Shown here piece after piece: positions 33,642 through 44,148 of a stretch of DNA of 64,000 bases. Under the pieces are notes generated by a model, which saw only the letters and a program-made list of their open reading frames with translations, did not search any database and was not told the origin of the DNA. Within the stretch, counting starts at the first letter, position 1. Each line of letters begins with the position of its first letter. This DNA comes from Eubacteriales bacterium (lineage in GTDB: Bacteria > Bacillota > Clostridia > Oscillospirales > CAG-382), in contig JAZTXJ010000007.1 of NCBI GenBank assembly GCA_045636285.1, forward strand, positions 35,032 to 99,031, in the 5' to 3' direction. Position numbers and translations under genes: made by a program.

Positions 33642-36125
33642 ATGGGAAAAGCGTTGATATTCGACGGAAACAGCATACTTAACAGGGCGTTTTACGGCGT
33701 GCGTCCCTTAAACGCGCCCGACGGCTTGCCGACCAACGCGCTGTTCGGATTTGTCGGAATGATAAACAAGGCGTTTTCGCAAATCGGCGGCAATCCCGAT
33801 TATTGCGCGATAGCCTTCGATTTAAAAGAAAAAACCTTCCGCCACAAAGCGTGCGACAGCTATAAAACAACCCGAAAGCCCATGCCCGAGGAATTGGCGC
33901 TTCAGCTTCCGTTGGCACACGAGCTCGCAGGCGCGCTCGGCTTGAAGGTAATAGAAATCGCAGGCTACGAAGCCGACGATATTCTCGGTACGCTTTCCTA
34001 TGAATTCACAAAAAGCGGCGACCACACCTTTATCGTAACGGGCGACCGCGACAGCTTTCAGCTTATAAACGCAAACGTTACGGTTCTGCTCACCGCGAAC
34101 GACGAAACAAAGGTGACAACGCCTGCCGAAATAAAGGAAAAATACGGCGTAGAGCCGAAAAAGCTTATCGATATAAAGGCGATAATGGGCGACAGCTCGG
34201 ACAATATTACGGGTGTCCCCGGTATCGGCGAAAAGGGAGCGATAAAGCTTATAACCGAATACGGCTCGCTCGATAACGTTTATGCAAATCTCGATAATAT
34301 TACGGGAAGCACCAACAAAAAGCTTACAGAGGGCAAAGAAAGCGCATATACCTCTCGTTTTCTTGCCGAAATCAAGCTCGACGTTCCGCTCGGATGCGAT
34401 ATAAGCGACTGCGCTTATAATGGCGGCGATATTCCCGCGCTCCGCGCGCTTTACACCAGATTGGGTTTCCGTCAGTTTTTGGAAAGGCTCGAAGCCTCTG
34501 CACCCCAAGCAGCAAGCGACGAGGAATTCCTTCCGATTACAAGCATCCCCGCTGTCGAAGGAGAAACGGTTTTTCTTCACACCGAAAACGGCGAGATTTT
34601 CGTATCCTTCGGCGGTAAGCTTTATAAAGGCGATTCCGAAAGCGGATTGGCTTTGCTTACGGGAGCAAAAAAAGCGGTCTGCTGGTCGGTTAAGGAAATT
34701 TTGCATATCGCAAAAAAGGCAAAGCTTGAATTCAAGCACGAGCTTGACGATATTTCGCTTATGGCATATATCGTCGCCCCTGCCGATAACGGCGTTACGT
34801 TCGGCAAGCTTGCGCTCGACCTTTTGGGGATTTCCTCTGCCGAGGTCAAGCCCTCGCTTCTTGAAAAGCTTTATGAAAAGCTGAACGAAATGCTCACTCC
34901 CGCCCTGCGCGAGCTTTACAAAAATATCGAGCTTCCGCTTGCAAGAGTGCTTTGCGATATGGAGCACCGCGGGTTCAGGGTCGATAAAGGAGCGCTTTAT
35001 ACCTTCGGAAACGCACTCGAACGCGCAATTTACGAAGAAGAAGAGGCGATCTGGGCGCTTGCGGGCGAAAAATTCAATATAAACTCAACAAAGCAGTTGG
35101 GGGTCATACTCTTCGAAAAGCTTATGCTTCCCCACTACCGCAAAACGAAAAGCGGATATTCGACCGACGTTTCGGTGCTTGAAAAGCTTGTTGATTACCA
35201 CCCGATAATCGAGCTCATTCTCGATTATCGCAAAAATACAAAGCTCAAAAACACCTATTGCAACGGCTTGGGCAAGCAGATAAGCGAAGACGGCAGAATC
35301 CACACCACCTTCAAGCAATCGCAAACGCTTACGGGCAGGCTTTCCTCGGCAGAGCCGAACCTGCAAAACATTCCCGTGCGGAGCGAAAAGGGTAAGGAAT
35401 TGCGTAAATTCTTTGTAGCAGATGAAGGACACGTGCTTATCGACGCCGACTATTCGCAGATAGAATTACGCGTGCTTGCACACGTTGCGAACGACGAAAC
35501 GCTTATAAACGCCTTTATCAACGGCGAGGACATACACACCGTAACCGCAAGTCAGGTGTTCGGTGTCCCGCTCGAATCGGTCACGGGCGAAATGAGAAAG
35601 CGCGCAAAGGCGGTAAACTTCGGAATAATCTACGGTATCGGCGATTATTCGCTTTCGCAGGATCTTAAGATCCCGAAAAAGACCGCCGCAGAATATATAA
35701 AGAATTATCTCGAAAAATATTCGGGCGTACGCGAATATCTGGAAGAAACCAAGAAAAGCGCGCACGAAAACGGCTTTGTCGAAACGATGTTCGGCAGAAT
35801 CCGCTATATACCCGAAATATCGTCAAGCAACAAAAATTTACAGGCGTTCGGAGAACGCGTTGCAATGAACACGCCTATTCAGGGCGCGGCGGCGGATCTG
35901 ATTAAAATTGCAATGATCCGCACCGATAAAATGCTTGCCGAAGCAGGCTTGAAGGCAAGGCTTATATTGCAGATACACGACGAACTGATAATAGAAGCTC
36001 CCGCAGAGGAAGCAGACCGCGCAAAAGAAATCCTGCGCGAAGCAATGCAGGGAGCGGCAGAATTGCGAGTACCGCTTCAGGTCGATATAGGTATCGGAAA
36101 AAGCTGGTACGACGCAAAAGATTAA
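33642..36125 (+). CDS. polA: DNA polymerase I
   Basis: 5' nuclease domain (ALIFDGNS.., GDRDSFQL), polymerase motifs DYSQIELRVLAH, RRxAKxxNFG-like KRAKAVNFGIIYG, QIHDELI. Confidence 0.95.
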   Translation: MGKALIFDGNSILNRAFYGVRPLNAPDGLPTNALFGFVGMINKAFSQIGGNPDYCAIAFDLKEKTFRHKACDSYKTTRKPMPEELALQLPLAHELAGALGLKVIEIAGYEADDILGTLSYEFTKSGDHTFIVTGDRDSFQLINANVTVLLTANDETKVTTPAEIKEKYGVEPKKLIDIKAIMGDSSDNITGVPGIGEKGAIKLITEYGSLDNVYANLDNITGSTNKKLTEGKESAYTSRFLAEIKLDVPLGCDISDCAYNGGDIPALRALYTRLGFRQFLERLEASAPQAASDEEFLPITSIPAVEGETVFLHTENGEIFVSFGGKLYKGDSESGLALLTGAKKAVCWSVKEILHIAKKAKLEFKHELDDISLMAYIVAPADNGVTFGKLALDLLGISSAEVKPSLLEKLYEKLNEMLTPALRELYKNIELPLARVLCDMEHRGFRVDKGALYTFGNALERAIYEEEEAIWALAGEKFNINSTKQLGVILFEKLMLPHYRKTKSGYSTDVSVLEKLVDYHPIIELILDYRKNTKLKNTYCNGLGKQISEDGRIHTTFKQSQTLTGRLSSAEPNLQNIPVRSEKGKELRKFFVADEGHVLIDADYSQIELRVLAHVANDETLINAFINGEDIHTVTASQVFGVPLESVTGEMRKRAKAVNFGIIYGIGDYSLSQDLKIPKKTAAEYIKNYLEKYSGVREYLEETKKSAHENGFVETMFGRIRYIPEISSSNKNLQAFGERVAMNTPIQGAAADLIKIAMIRTDKMLAEAGLKARLILQIHDELIIEAPAEEADRAKEILREAMQGAAELRVPLQVDIGIGKSWYDAKD

Positions 36126-36149
36126 AACATTTTAACGAGGGAATAAAAA

Positions 36150-37703
36150 ATGGGACTTAAAAATTTAAACGGCAGAAAAGTAAGAGAATTGCTTGTCTAT
36201 CCCGACTATACGGACAGAGAGCTTACCGGCAAGCTTACGGGCGGTAACTATTCCGAAGGCTTGGCTTCTATTTCGGCAGTAATGAAGCAGGGCGGACACG
36301 ACGTTAAATTAATGCACCTGCTTTACCTTCACAGCGAGCAGGAATTCAAGGAAAAATTAAAGGCTTTGGGTGAATTCGATATTATCGGCTTTTCGATCCG
36401 TACCACCGCATTCCCCGACAGCCAGCTTTATATAAAGTGGACCAAAGAGGTTATGCCCGAAGCGTTTATCACCGCGGGCAGTTATCACTGTACCCTCGCG
36501 CCCGATGAGGTTATGTCGCTTTCGGGCATCGATGCACTCACTATCGGCGACGGCGAATACCAAGCTCTTGAGCTTGCCGATAAAATGAGCGCGGGTGAGG
36601 ATTACACAAATATCCTTTCGATGTGGTTCAGAATGGAAGACGGAAGCATTAAAAAGAACCCCGTCGCTCCCCTTTTCGAAGACCTCGACAGACTTCCCAT
36701 TCCCGATTTCGAGCTTTTTGATTACGACAATCTCGACAGCGTTAAGGTCGGCACCGCTATCGTTATGATGAGCCGCGGTTGCCGCTACAACTGTACCTAT
36801 TGCGGAAACTCGCAATTCAGAAACGTATACCCCAACAAGAAGATATATTCCCGCTTCCGCTCGCCCGAAAACGGTATTCTTTATCTCAAAACCCTTCTCG
36901 CAAAGCATCCGCAGATAAAGGTTATCAACTTCCGCGACGCGATATTCAATATGATGCCCGACTGGACCGAAAAGTTCCTCGATCTTTATACAAAGGAAAT
37001 CCATCTTCCCTTTACCGGCAATATCCGCTTCGATATTCTTACCGAAGAATCGGTCAAGAAGATGAAAGAAGCAGGCTGTTATACTATCGATATGGGCTTG
37101 GAAAGCGGCGATCAGGAAATGCGCTTTAAGTATCTCAAGCGCTATATGACCGACGAAATGATCATCAACTGCAGTAAGTGGTTCCACAAATACGGCATCG
37201 CACAGCTTACCTACAATATAATCGGTCTTCCCTACGAGGATAAATACCGCGCGCTCAAAACCATTAAGCTCAACGCAAAGGCAGGCGCAGACAGAGTTAT
37301 CCCCAACATTTTCTACCCCTACCCCGGAACAAAGCTTTACGATATAGCAAAGGAAGGCGGCTTTATTCCCGAAGGCGGCGTTTCGCCCGATGCGCGCGTT
37401 CCCCTCGTTCAGCCGCAGTTCCCCGAACACGAGGTTTTGTATCTTCAGGCATATTTCGCACACTTCGTTCGCAGATACAAGTGGGCTTACGCTATGCCCG
37501 CATGGCTCGGCAAGCCCTATGAAAAGTGGCTTGACCACCGTGCAACAGGCAAGCACGTTCCCTATAAGTTCCTCGTATGGCTTCACGACGGCTATTCGAA
37601 GGTGCGTAACGGACTTAAAAACATTCTTATCGACCATCTCCCCAAGGTTTATATGAAGCTTCGTATCTGGAAGCACAAGAAAAAAGCTAAAAAAGTAGAC
37701 TGA
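36150..37703 (+). CDS. B12-binding-domain radical SAM protein
   Basis: N-terminal cobalamin-binding-like domain then CRYNCTYC (CxxxCxxC) cluster motif. Confidence 0.85.
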   Translation: MGLKNLNGRKVRELLVYPDYTDRELTGKLTGGNYSEGLASISAVMKQGGHDVKLMHLLYLHSEQEFKEKLKALGEFDIIGFSIRTTAFPDSQLYIKWTKEVMPEAFITAGSYHCTLAPDEVMSLSGIDALTIGDGEYQALELADKMSAGEDYTNILSMWFRMEDGSIKKNPVAPLFEDLDRLPIPDFELFDYDNLDSVKVGTAIVMMSRGCRYNCTYCGNSQFRNVYPNKKIYSRFRSPENGILYLKTLLAKHPQIKVINFRDAIFNMMPDWTEKFLDLYTKEIHLPFTGNIRFDILTEESVKKMKEAGCYTIDMGLESGDQEMRFKYLKRYMTDEMIINCSKWFHKYGIAQLTYNIIGLPYEDKYRALKTIKLNAKAGADRVIPNIFYPYPGTKLYDIAKEGGFIPEGGVSPDARVPLVQPQFPEHEVLYLQAYFAHFVRRYKWAYAMPAWLGKPYEKWLDHRATGKHVPYKFLVWLHDGYSKVRNGLKNILIDHLPKVYMKLRIWKHKKKAKKVD

Positions 37704-37704
37704 T

Positions 37705-38541
37705 ATGGCAGGAACACTTTATATCGTACCCACCCCGATAGGAAATCTGGGTGACATAACCCTTCGCGCAAAGGAAACGCTCGAAAATATCGATTTCGTT
37801 GCCGCAGAGGATACTCGCGTCGGCGGCAAGCTTTTGATGCTTTTGGGTATCAAAAAGCCGCTTATCGCTTATCACGAGCATACCTCGCGCAGAGATACCG
37901 AAGTAATTATCGAACGCATTCAAGGCGGCGAAAGCTGTGCGCTTATAACCGATGCGGGCACCCCCGCGGTTTCCGACCCCGGCGAAAGATTGGTGCTTGC
38001 CTGCTCGCAGGCGGGTATTAACGTCTGTGCGCTCCCCGGTGCGTGTGCGGCAATAGTCGCAATATCGGCTTCGGGACTTCCCTCGCGCCGTTTCTGCTTC
38101 GAAGGCTTTCTGCCCGAAAACAACCGCGAAAGAAGAGAACGCATAAGCGAGCTCGCGCGCGAAAAGCGCACCTTTATACTGTATATTTCACCGCACGATA
38201 TTGAACGCTATTTGAACGAGCTCGAGCACGAGCTCGGCGAACGCAGATGCGTGCTCTGCAAGGAGCTTACCAAGCTGCACGAACGCTATTTTCGCGGAAC
38301 TGTAAGCGAGCTTGCCGCAGGCTTTAAATCGCTTGCCCCCGCCGAAAAGAAGGGCGAATACGTTATGGTTATCGAAGGAATGCCCGAAGAGGAGGCGTTC
38401 TGGGCGGAAATGAGTATCGAAGAGCACGTAACGCACTATATTTCGCTCGGTCTTTCGAAAATGGATGCCTGCAAAGCTGTTTCGCGCGATCGCGGTGTGG
38501 GAAAAGGCGAAATCTACAAAAAGATCAACAATCAGGATTGA
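37705..38541 (+). CDS. rsmI: 16S rRNA (cytidine1402-2'-O)-methyltransferase
   Basis: GTLYIVPTPIGNLGDIT N-terminus and tetrapyrrole-methylase-like fold typical of RsmI. Confidence 0.9.
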   Translation: MAGTLYIVPTPIGNLGDITLRAKETLENIDFVAAEDTRVGGKLLMLLGIKKPLIAYHEHTSRRDTEVIIERIQGGESCALITDAGTPAVSDPGERLVLACSQAGINVCALPGACAAIVAISASGLPSRRFCFEGFLPENNRERRERISELAREKRTFILYISPHDIERYLNELEHELGERRCVLCKELTKLHERYFRGTVSELAAGFKSLAPAEKKGEYVMVIEGMPEEEAFWAEMSIEEHVTHYISLGLSKMDACKAVSRDRGVGKGEIYKKINNQD

Positions 38542-38543
38542 AG

Positions 38544-39956
38544 ATGAAGAAGCTTATTTTGAAATTTTCCGCATTTTTGCTTTTGCTCTGCTTGCTTCTA
38601 CCTTCGTTTGCCGTGCAGGCAAGCGCAAGCGCGGTCGGCGTTACGGTCGACTGCGGCGGCGACGCATACGTAGGCGGTGAATTAAGAATAAAAATAACCG
38701 TTTCCAAGCCCTCGTTGGCACTTGCAGGGCTTGAATTCGTGTTGAAATACGATTCCGAATACGTTTCTCCGCTTATAACCGAAAACACCGAAGACGGAAA
38801 GGAAATGGATGCGCTCGTTTCGAAAATGCCTGACGGCTGGGAGCAGATGAGCATTCATTACGCCGACGGAAGCTATCGCTTTCGCTTTGCGATGAACGAC
38901 GATGAAAAAAGCCTGCTCGATTCCGAAAACGAGCTTTCGCTTGAAATCCCCTTCGCCGTTAAAAAAGCGGGCAGCTTCGATTTTGTCGTGCCCGATGCCG
39001 AAATTATCGCAATCGCTTCGGACAACGCGAACACCCCGCACGGCGGCACGGGAAGCTCGGTTACCGTTTATGCGGACAGCGAAGCGCAGAAATTATCAAC
39101 CGAGCTTATCGGCACCCCCGTTGCAAACGAAAAGGGGACCTACAATCTCGATATAAAAATCACCAATCTCGGCGATACGGCGGGCATTGTCGCGCTCCAA
39201 TTCGCTTTGGTTTACGATAAATCGGTATTCCTTCCGACCGTAACCGAAAACGACAGCGCCCAAATGGACGTATTTATGAAGGATATGCCGCAGGGAAAAT
39301 GGGAGCAGATGTGCTCTCTCGATAAAGACAAGGGTATATATACCCTGCGCTTTGCCGCGCTGAAGGCGGAATCGGTATCGGATTCCGAAAAGCTCACCGC
39401 GGGAAGCTCGCTCACGATTACTATTCCCTTTAAAACCGTCGCAAACGAAGGCGAAATCGGCAGTTTTTCGATCAGCGGAGCTTCGGTGCTTGCGATAAAC
39501 AATATAAACGGTATCGTTTCGGGCAGTGGAAGCAGTCTTTCGGTTTCGGTCGAAAAGAGTGCAGAGGGCATTATCCCCGAAGAGCTCGGCTATAAAATAG
39601 AAAACGGCGTGCTCTGCTACGTTTCCGAAAAAACCGAGGTGGATGAATTTTTATCCGCCCTCAACGGCTTCACCCTTACCGACGCGAACGGCAAAGAGGT
39701 AAGCGGCTACGTCTGCACCGGATATGTGCTGAGCGACGGCATAAACAGCTATATAGTTGCGGTGCTCGGCGACGTGAACGGAAGCGGAGTTATCGAAACC
39801 TACGACTATATTTTGGCAACCCGCGTTCACTTCGGCACCTTTACGCCGAACGAACACCAAAAGCTCGCCTGCGATGCAAACGGCGATAAGGTTCTCAACC
39901 AATACGACTATATACTTATAAAGCGCCATTATTTCGGCACTTACGTTATAAAATAA
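38544..39956 (+). CDS. Secreted protein with two cohesin-like domains and a C-terminal type I dockerin
   Basis: Signal peptide ..SFAVQASA; two repeats of a cohesin-like module (..GLEFVLKYDSEYV.. / ..ALQFALVYDKSVF..); dockerin duplicated Ca-loops GDVNGSGVIETYDYIL and CDANGDKVLNQYDYIL; ATG 38544 preferred over TTG 38538. Confidence 0.7.
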   Translation: MKKLILKFSAFLLLLCLLLPSFAVQASASAVGVTVDCGGDAYVGGELRIKITVSKPSLALAGLEFVLKYDSEYVSPLITENTEDGKEMDALVSKMPDGWEQMSIHYADGSYRFRFAMNDDEKSLLDSENELSLEIPFAVKKAGSFDFVVPDAEIIAIASDNANTPHGGTGSSVTVYADSEAQKLSTELIGTPVANEKGTYNLDIKITNLGDTAGIVALQFALVYDKSVFLPTVTENDSAQMDVFMKDMPQGKWEQMCSLDKDKGIYTLRFAALKAESVSDSEKLTAGSSLTITIPFKTVANEGEIGSFSISGASVLAINNINGIVSGSGSSLSVSVEKSAEGIIPEELGYKIENGVLCYVSEKTEVDEFLSALNGFTLTDANGKEVSGYVCTGYVLSDGINSYIVAVLGDVNGSGVIETYDYILATRVHFGTFTPNEHQKLACDANGDKVLNQYDYILIKRHYFGTYVIK

Positions 39957-39971
39957 ATTCAGGATGACGAT

Positions 39972-40412
39972 ATGAAAAGAACGATTCTTTTACTGCTTGC
40001 GGCACTGCTCGCTTTTTCGCTTTCGGCTTGCACGGAAAGCTACGAAAAGGCGGATGAATATGCAAACAAATTCATAACGGCTCTGCTTATCCGCGACGAA
40101 GCGGAAATGAAGCTTTATCTTCACCCCGAGCATACCGAATCGGCAATGCCGAACGACGCTTTTTACGAAACCCTTAAAAAGCAGTTTCTCACCGTCGGTC
40201 ACCCGCTTACGAGCTTAAGCGGTGTCGGCAAGGCGAAGATAAAGGATATGGATAACACCCTGCGTTGTACCTATATCGCGCGCGTCAACGAATTGTTCTA
40301 TACGGTCGAGCTTATTATTCTCGACAACGAAAACGGTTACGGCATCGTTTCGGTCGCAATGGTATTAAACACCGAAATTGATTATTATTATAACGAATCG
40401 CAGGTTAATTAA
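39972..40412 (+). CDS. Hypothetical lipoprotein
   Basis: Lipobox FSLSAC; 146 aa; no family recognised. Confidence 0.55.
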   Translation: MKRTILLLLAALLAFSLSACTESYEKADEYANKFITALLIRDEAEMKLYLHPEHTESAMPNDAFYETLKKQFLTVGHPLTSLSGVGKAKIKDMDNTLRCTYIARVNELFYTVELIILDNENGYGIVSVAMVLNTEIDYYYNESQVN

Positions 40413-41282
40413 ATGAACAAAAACCTTATGCTCACACTCAAAAACTACGGACTTATCACGGTAGGATGCATACTTTACGCTGTGGGTGTTTCGCTCTTTC
40501 TCGGCCCGAACGAGCTTGCATCGGGCGGTGTTTCGGGTGTTGCGATAATTATCAACAGTGTTTTCGATTCGCTCCCCACGGGTACCTGGGTAATAATTTT
40601 CAATATCCCCATAATGATTGCGGGTGTTTGGAAGCTGGGTGCAAAAATTTTGCTCCCCACCTTTTACGCGCTCGCGCTCAGCTCGGGTATAATGACTCTG
40701 CTCGAGCTTTTCCTGCCGCCTCTTACCGACAACATATTGCTTGCCTGCGTCGGCGGCTCTGTAATCGTTGCGGCGGGTATAGGTCTTGTTTTCCGCGGCG
40801 GCGCGACGACAGCGGGCACCGATATTATCGTTAAGCTTCTGCGATTGAAGTTTCAGCATATTTCCACGGGTGCGATATTCCTGTTTACCGACGGACTTGT
40901 CTGTCTTGCATCGGGTATCGTTTTCGCCGATATGGATAAAGCACTCTATGCGGGTATTGCGATATTCTTGCAGATGAACGTGCTCAATACCGTGCTTTAC
41001 GGCTCGGACGAAGCGCGTATGGTTTATATTATAAGCGACCACGACAACGAAATCGCCGAAAGACTTTTGAAGGAGGTCGATGCCGGCGCAACCTTTTTGC
41101 ACGGCAACGGCGCATATACGGGAAAGGAACGCAAGGTGCTTATGTGCGCGCTGAAAATGCGTTCGGTCCCCCAAGCGCGAGAAATTATAAGACAGGTTGA
41201 CAGCGACGCCTTCGTTATCGTCACAAAAGCAACAAACGTATTCGGCGAAGGCTTTAAAAGCCACGTTGACGAAGACCTATGA
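40413..41282 (+). CDS. YitT-family membrane protein (with DUF2179-like C-terminal domain)
   Basis: Five TM helices with GGVSGVAIII and GGATTAGTDI motifs, soluble C-terminal domain. Confidence 0.8.
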   Translation: MNKNLMLTLKNYGLITVGCILYAVGVSLFLGPNELASGGVSGVAIIINSVFDSLPTGTWVIIFNIPIMIAGVWKLGAKILLPTFYALALSSGIMTLLELFLPPLTDNILLACVGGSVIVAAGIGLVFRGGATTAGTDIIVKLLRLKFQHISTGAIFLFTDGLVCLASGIVFADMDKALYAGIAIFLQMNVLNTVLYGSDEARMVYIISDHDNEIAERLLKEVDAGATFLHGNGAYTGKERKVLMCALKMRSVPQAREIIRQVDSDAFVIVTKATNVFGEGFKSHVDEDL

Positions 41283-42349
41283 TACACGAGCTTATCTCCC
41301 CTATCCCCTCGGTTTGTGAAAGCCTGCTTGCCGAATCACGCCCGATATTTCTTTACGGTATGGGCAACGGCGCAGAAAAGATTTATGCCTATCTTTGTGA
41401 AAACGGCGTTAAAATACACGGCGTTGTCGCTTCCGACGGGTTTGTGCGCGGGCAGGAATTTTTGGGGTTCGGTGTTACCGCGATTTCGGAAGCCGAAGCG
41501 AAGCACGGCTCGCTCTGCTTGGTGCTCTGCTTTGGGTTAGAGGGCGAAAAATCCCGATTTTTAAAGGAAATCGAAAAAAAGCACCGTATTATATCGCCGA
41601 GCCTGCCGGTTTTCGGCGAAGGCGTGTGCGACAAAAAATATATTCTCGCAAACCGCGAACGCTTTGAACGCGTTTACAATTTGCTTGCCGATGAAGCGTC
41701 GAAGGAAATATTTTTAAGCCTGCTCAAATATACTGTAAGCGGAGATATTTCTTATCTCGACGGCAACAACGGACTTATTCCCCCTGCAAGCTTTTACAAC
41801 CACACGAAACGGCATATCGACATCGGCGCGTACGACGGCGATACGGCAAACGAATTTATCGGCTATAACAGCGAATACAGCGATATAATCGCGTTCGAGC
41901 CCGATAAAAGCACCTATAAAAAGCTTTTGAAAAACACAAAGCATATACGCGATTGCAAATGCATAAATGCCGCCGCGGGTCAAAAAAACGGCAGTCTTTC
42001 CTTCGCTTCGGGCGGGGGGCGCGCCTCGCATTGCGGCGAAGGCGAGGAAATAGACTGCTATTCGGTCGATGAATACTGCGGTTATACTCATATCGCGGCA
42101 AACGGAACGCCCGTCGGCAGTATAAAAATAGATGCCGAGGGTATGGACGAAGCCGTTATTTGCGGTGCGGTAAACACGCTTTACTGCTGTAAGCCGAACG
42201 TTTGCGTCGCGCTGTACCACCGCGCATACGATATTATCGATATTCCCCTTCTTTTGCGTATGCACAACCACAGATATAAATTTTACTTGCGAAAAAAGGA
42301 ATACGTTCCCGCTTGGGACGTTTTCCTCTATGCTACGGAGGCTGAATAA
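41279..42349 (+). CDS. FkbM-family methyltransferase
   Basis: IDIGAYDGDTANEF and IKIDAEGMDEAVI motifs; overlaps the upstream stop by 4 nt. Confidence 0.7.
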   Translation: MIHELISPIPSVCESLLAESRPIFLYGMGNGAEKIYAYLCENGVKIHGVVASDGFVRGQEFLGFGVTAISEAEAKHGSLCLVLCFGLEGEKSRFLKEIEKKHRIISPSLPVFGEGVCDKKYILANRERFERVYNLLADEASKEIFLSLLKYTVSGDISYLDGNNGLIPPASFYNHTKRHIDIGAYDGDTANEFIGYNSEYSDIIAFEPDKSTYKKLLKNTKHIRDCKCINAAAGQKNGSLSFASGGGRASHCGEGEEIDCYSVDEYCGYTHIAANGTPVGSIKIDAEGMDEAVICGAVNTLYCCKPNVCVALYHRAYDIIDIPLLLRMHNHRYKFYLRKKEYVPAWDVFLYATEAE

Positions 42350-42852
42350 TGGCTTTTAAAGAAATCAGGGCAGAAGAGCTCAACAACTGCGTTTTTACCG
42401 ATATAGGCAAAAAATGGATGCTTATCAGCGCACAAAAGAGTGACGGAAGCATTAACACGATGACGGCAAGCTGGGGCGCAATGGGCGTGCTCTGGAACAA
42501 AAACGTATTTTTCTGTTTTGTAAGACCGCAACGCTATACACACGAATTCACCGAGCAAAGCGACCGTATTTCTATCTCCTTCTTCGGCGAGGAATACCGC
42601 GAAGCTCTGACAATCTGCGGCAGAAAGAGCGGCAGAGATTGCGAAAAAATCGCACTGGCGGGGCTTACACCCTTTTCGAATAATGGCGACGTCGGGTTCG
42701 AGGAAGCCGAACGAATTATATACGGCAAAAAAATATATGCGGGCAAGCTTGACCCGAAGGCTTTTATATCCGAGGATATCGAAAAGCATTACAACGGCGA
42801 TTATCACACCGTTTATATTTGTGAAATAGAAAAGATTGAAGTGAAGGACTAA
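42349..42852 (+). CDS. Flavin reductase-like (FMN-binding split-barrel) protein
   Basis: 167 aa; INTMTASWGAMG segment typical of the flavin reductase-like domain. Confidence 0.65.
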   Translation: MAFKEIRAEELNNCVFTDIGKKWMLISAQKSDGSINTMTASWGAMGVLWNKNVFFCFVRPQRYTHEFTEQSDRISISFFGEEYREALTICGRKSGRDCEKIALAGLTPFSNNGDVGFEEAERIIYGKKIYAGKLDPKAFISEDIEKHYNGDYHTVYICEIEKIEVKD

Positions 42853-42855
42853 AAA

Positions 42856-44139
42856 ATGCAGGCAAGCCAATTTATAAAGGCCGTAACCGACGGCAAATAC
42901 GATAACAGCATAAAGGCGTTATACCCCAACAAAAACATAAACGACAGAAGAGAAAGAATTTTAAAGCTCGCAAAGGATTTCGTTGAGCTTTACGGCGATT
43001 TGGATATCGCGCTCTTTTCCGTCCCCGGCAGAACCGAGCTTTCGGGTAACCATACCGACCACAACAACGGCAGAGTGCTCGCCGCTTCGGTCGATATAGA
43101 TATAATCGCTATCGCCGCAAAGGTAGAGGGCGATACCGTAAGAATCAAATCGGTCGGCTACCGCGAGGACACCGTCGATATTTCCGCCCCCTCTCCCGAA
43201 AACGTTCGCAAGGGCAGCTCTTCGGCGATAATTGCCGGCATTGCGGATTATTTCGGCAAGCAGGGCTATAACTTCGGCGGCTTTTACGCCCACACCACGA
43301 GCGACGTTATGACAGGCTCGGGACTTTCGTCCTCCGCCGCGTTCGAGGTTATGTGCGCGCGCATTTTCTCGGAATTTTACAACGACGGAAGCATTCCCGC
43401 AATGGAGCTCGCAAAAGCGGGCAAATATGCCGAAAACGAATTCTTCGGCAAGCCCTGCGGACTTATGGACCAGGCGGCGTGCGCTTCGGGCGGATGTCTG
43501 TGGATGGATTTCGAAAACAGCCTCGATCCCAAAACCGAAAAGATCGATTTTGATCTTAAAAAATACGGTTACAGCCTTTGTATCGTAAACACCGGCGGCA
43601 ACCACGCCGACCTTACCGACGACTATGCCGCTGTTCCCGCAGAAATGAAATCGATTGCGGCGCTTATGGGCAAGCCCGTTCTTCGCGCCTGCGATGAAGA
43701 CGATTTTATGGGACGTATTTCCTATATGCGTTCGATCGTCGGCGACAGAGCAATAATGCGCGCAATGCATTATTTTGCCGAAAACAAGCGTGTTGACGCG
43801 CAAAAATCGGCTCTCCTGCGCGGCAATTTCGATGAATATCTTAAATACGTTAAGCTTTCGGGCGATTCCTCGTTTAAATTCCTGCAAAACGTTTATACGA
43901 ACAAAAACGTAAGCGAGCAGGGTATTTCGCTCGCGCTGGCAATAACCGAACGCTTCGGCGCAACCTGCCGAGTTCACGGCGGCGGCTTTGCGGGCACCGT
44001 TCAGGCATACATAAAAACCGAACAGGTTCCCGAATATAAAAAGGCTATCGAATCGGTGTTCGGCGAAAATAACTGTCAGGTTTATACGATTCGCCCCTAT
44101 GGCGCTTCGGCTGTAACCGAAAACGAAATAAAAGGCTGA
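42856..44139 (+). CDS. galK: Galactokinase
   Basis: Galactokinase signature GRTELSGNHTDHNNGRVLA and GHMP motif GSGLSSSAAFEV. Confidence 0.85.
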   Translation: MQASQFIKAVTDGKYDNSIKALYPNKNINDRRERILKLAKDFVELYGDLDIALFSVPGRTELSGNHTDHNNGRVLAASVDIDIIAIAAKVEGDTVRIKSVGYREDTVDISAPSPENVRKGSSSAIIAGIADYFGKQGYNFGGFYAHTTSDVMTGSGLSSSAAFEVMCARIFSEFYNDGSIPAMELAKAGKYAENEFFGKPCGLMDQAACASGGCLWMDFENSLDPKTEKIDFDLKKYGYSLCIVNTGGNHADLTDDYAAVPAEMKSIAALMGKPVLRACDEDDFMGRISYMRSIVGDRAIMRAMHYFAENKRVDAQKSALLRGNFDEYLKYVKLSGDSSFKFLQNVYTNKNVSEQGISLALAITERFGATCRVHGGGFAGTVQAYIKTEQVPEYKKAIESVFGENNCQVYTIRPYGASAVTENEIKG

Positions 44140-44148
44140 TCTCCCGCT

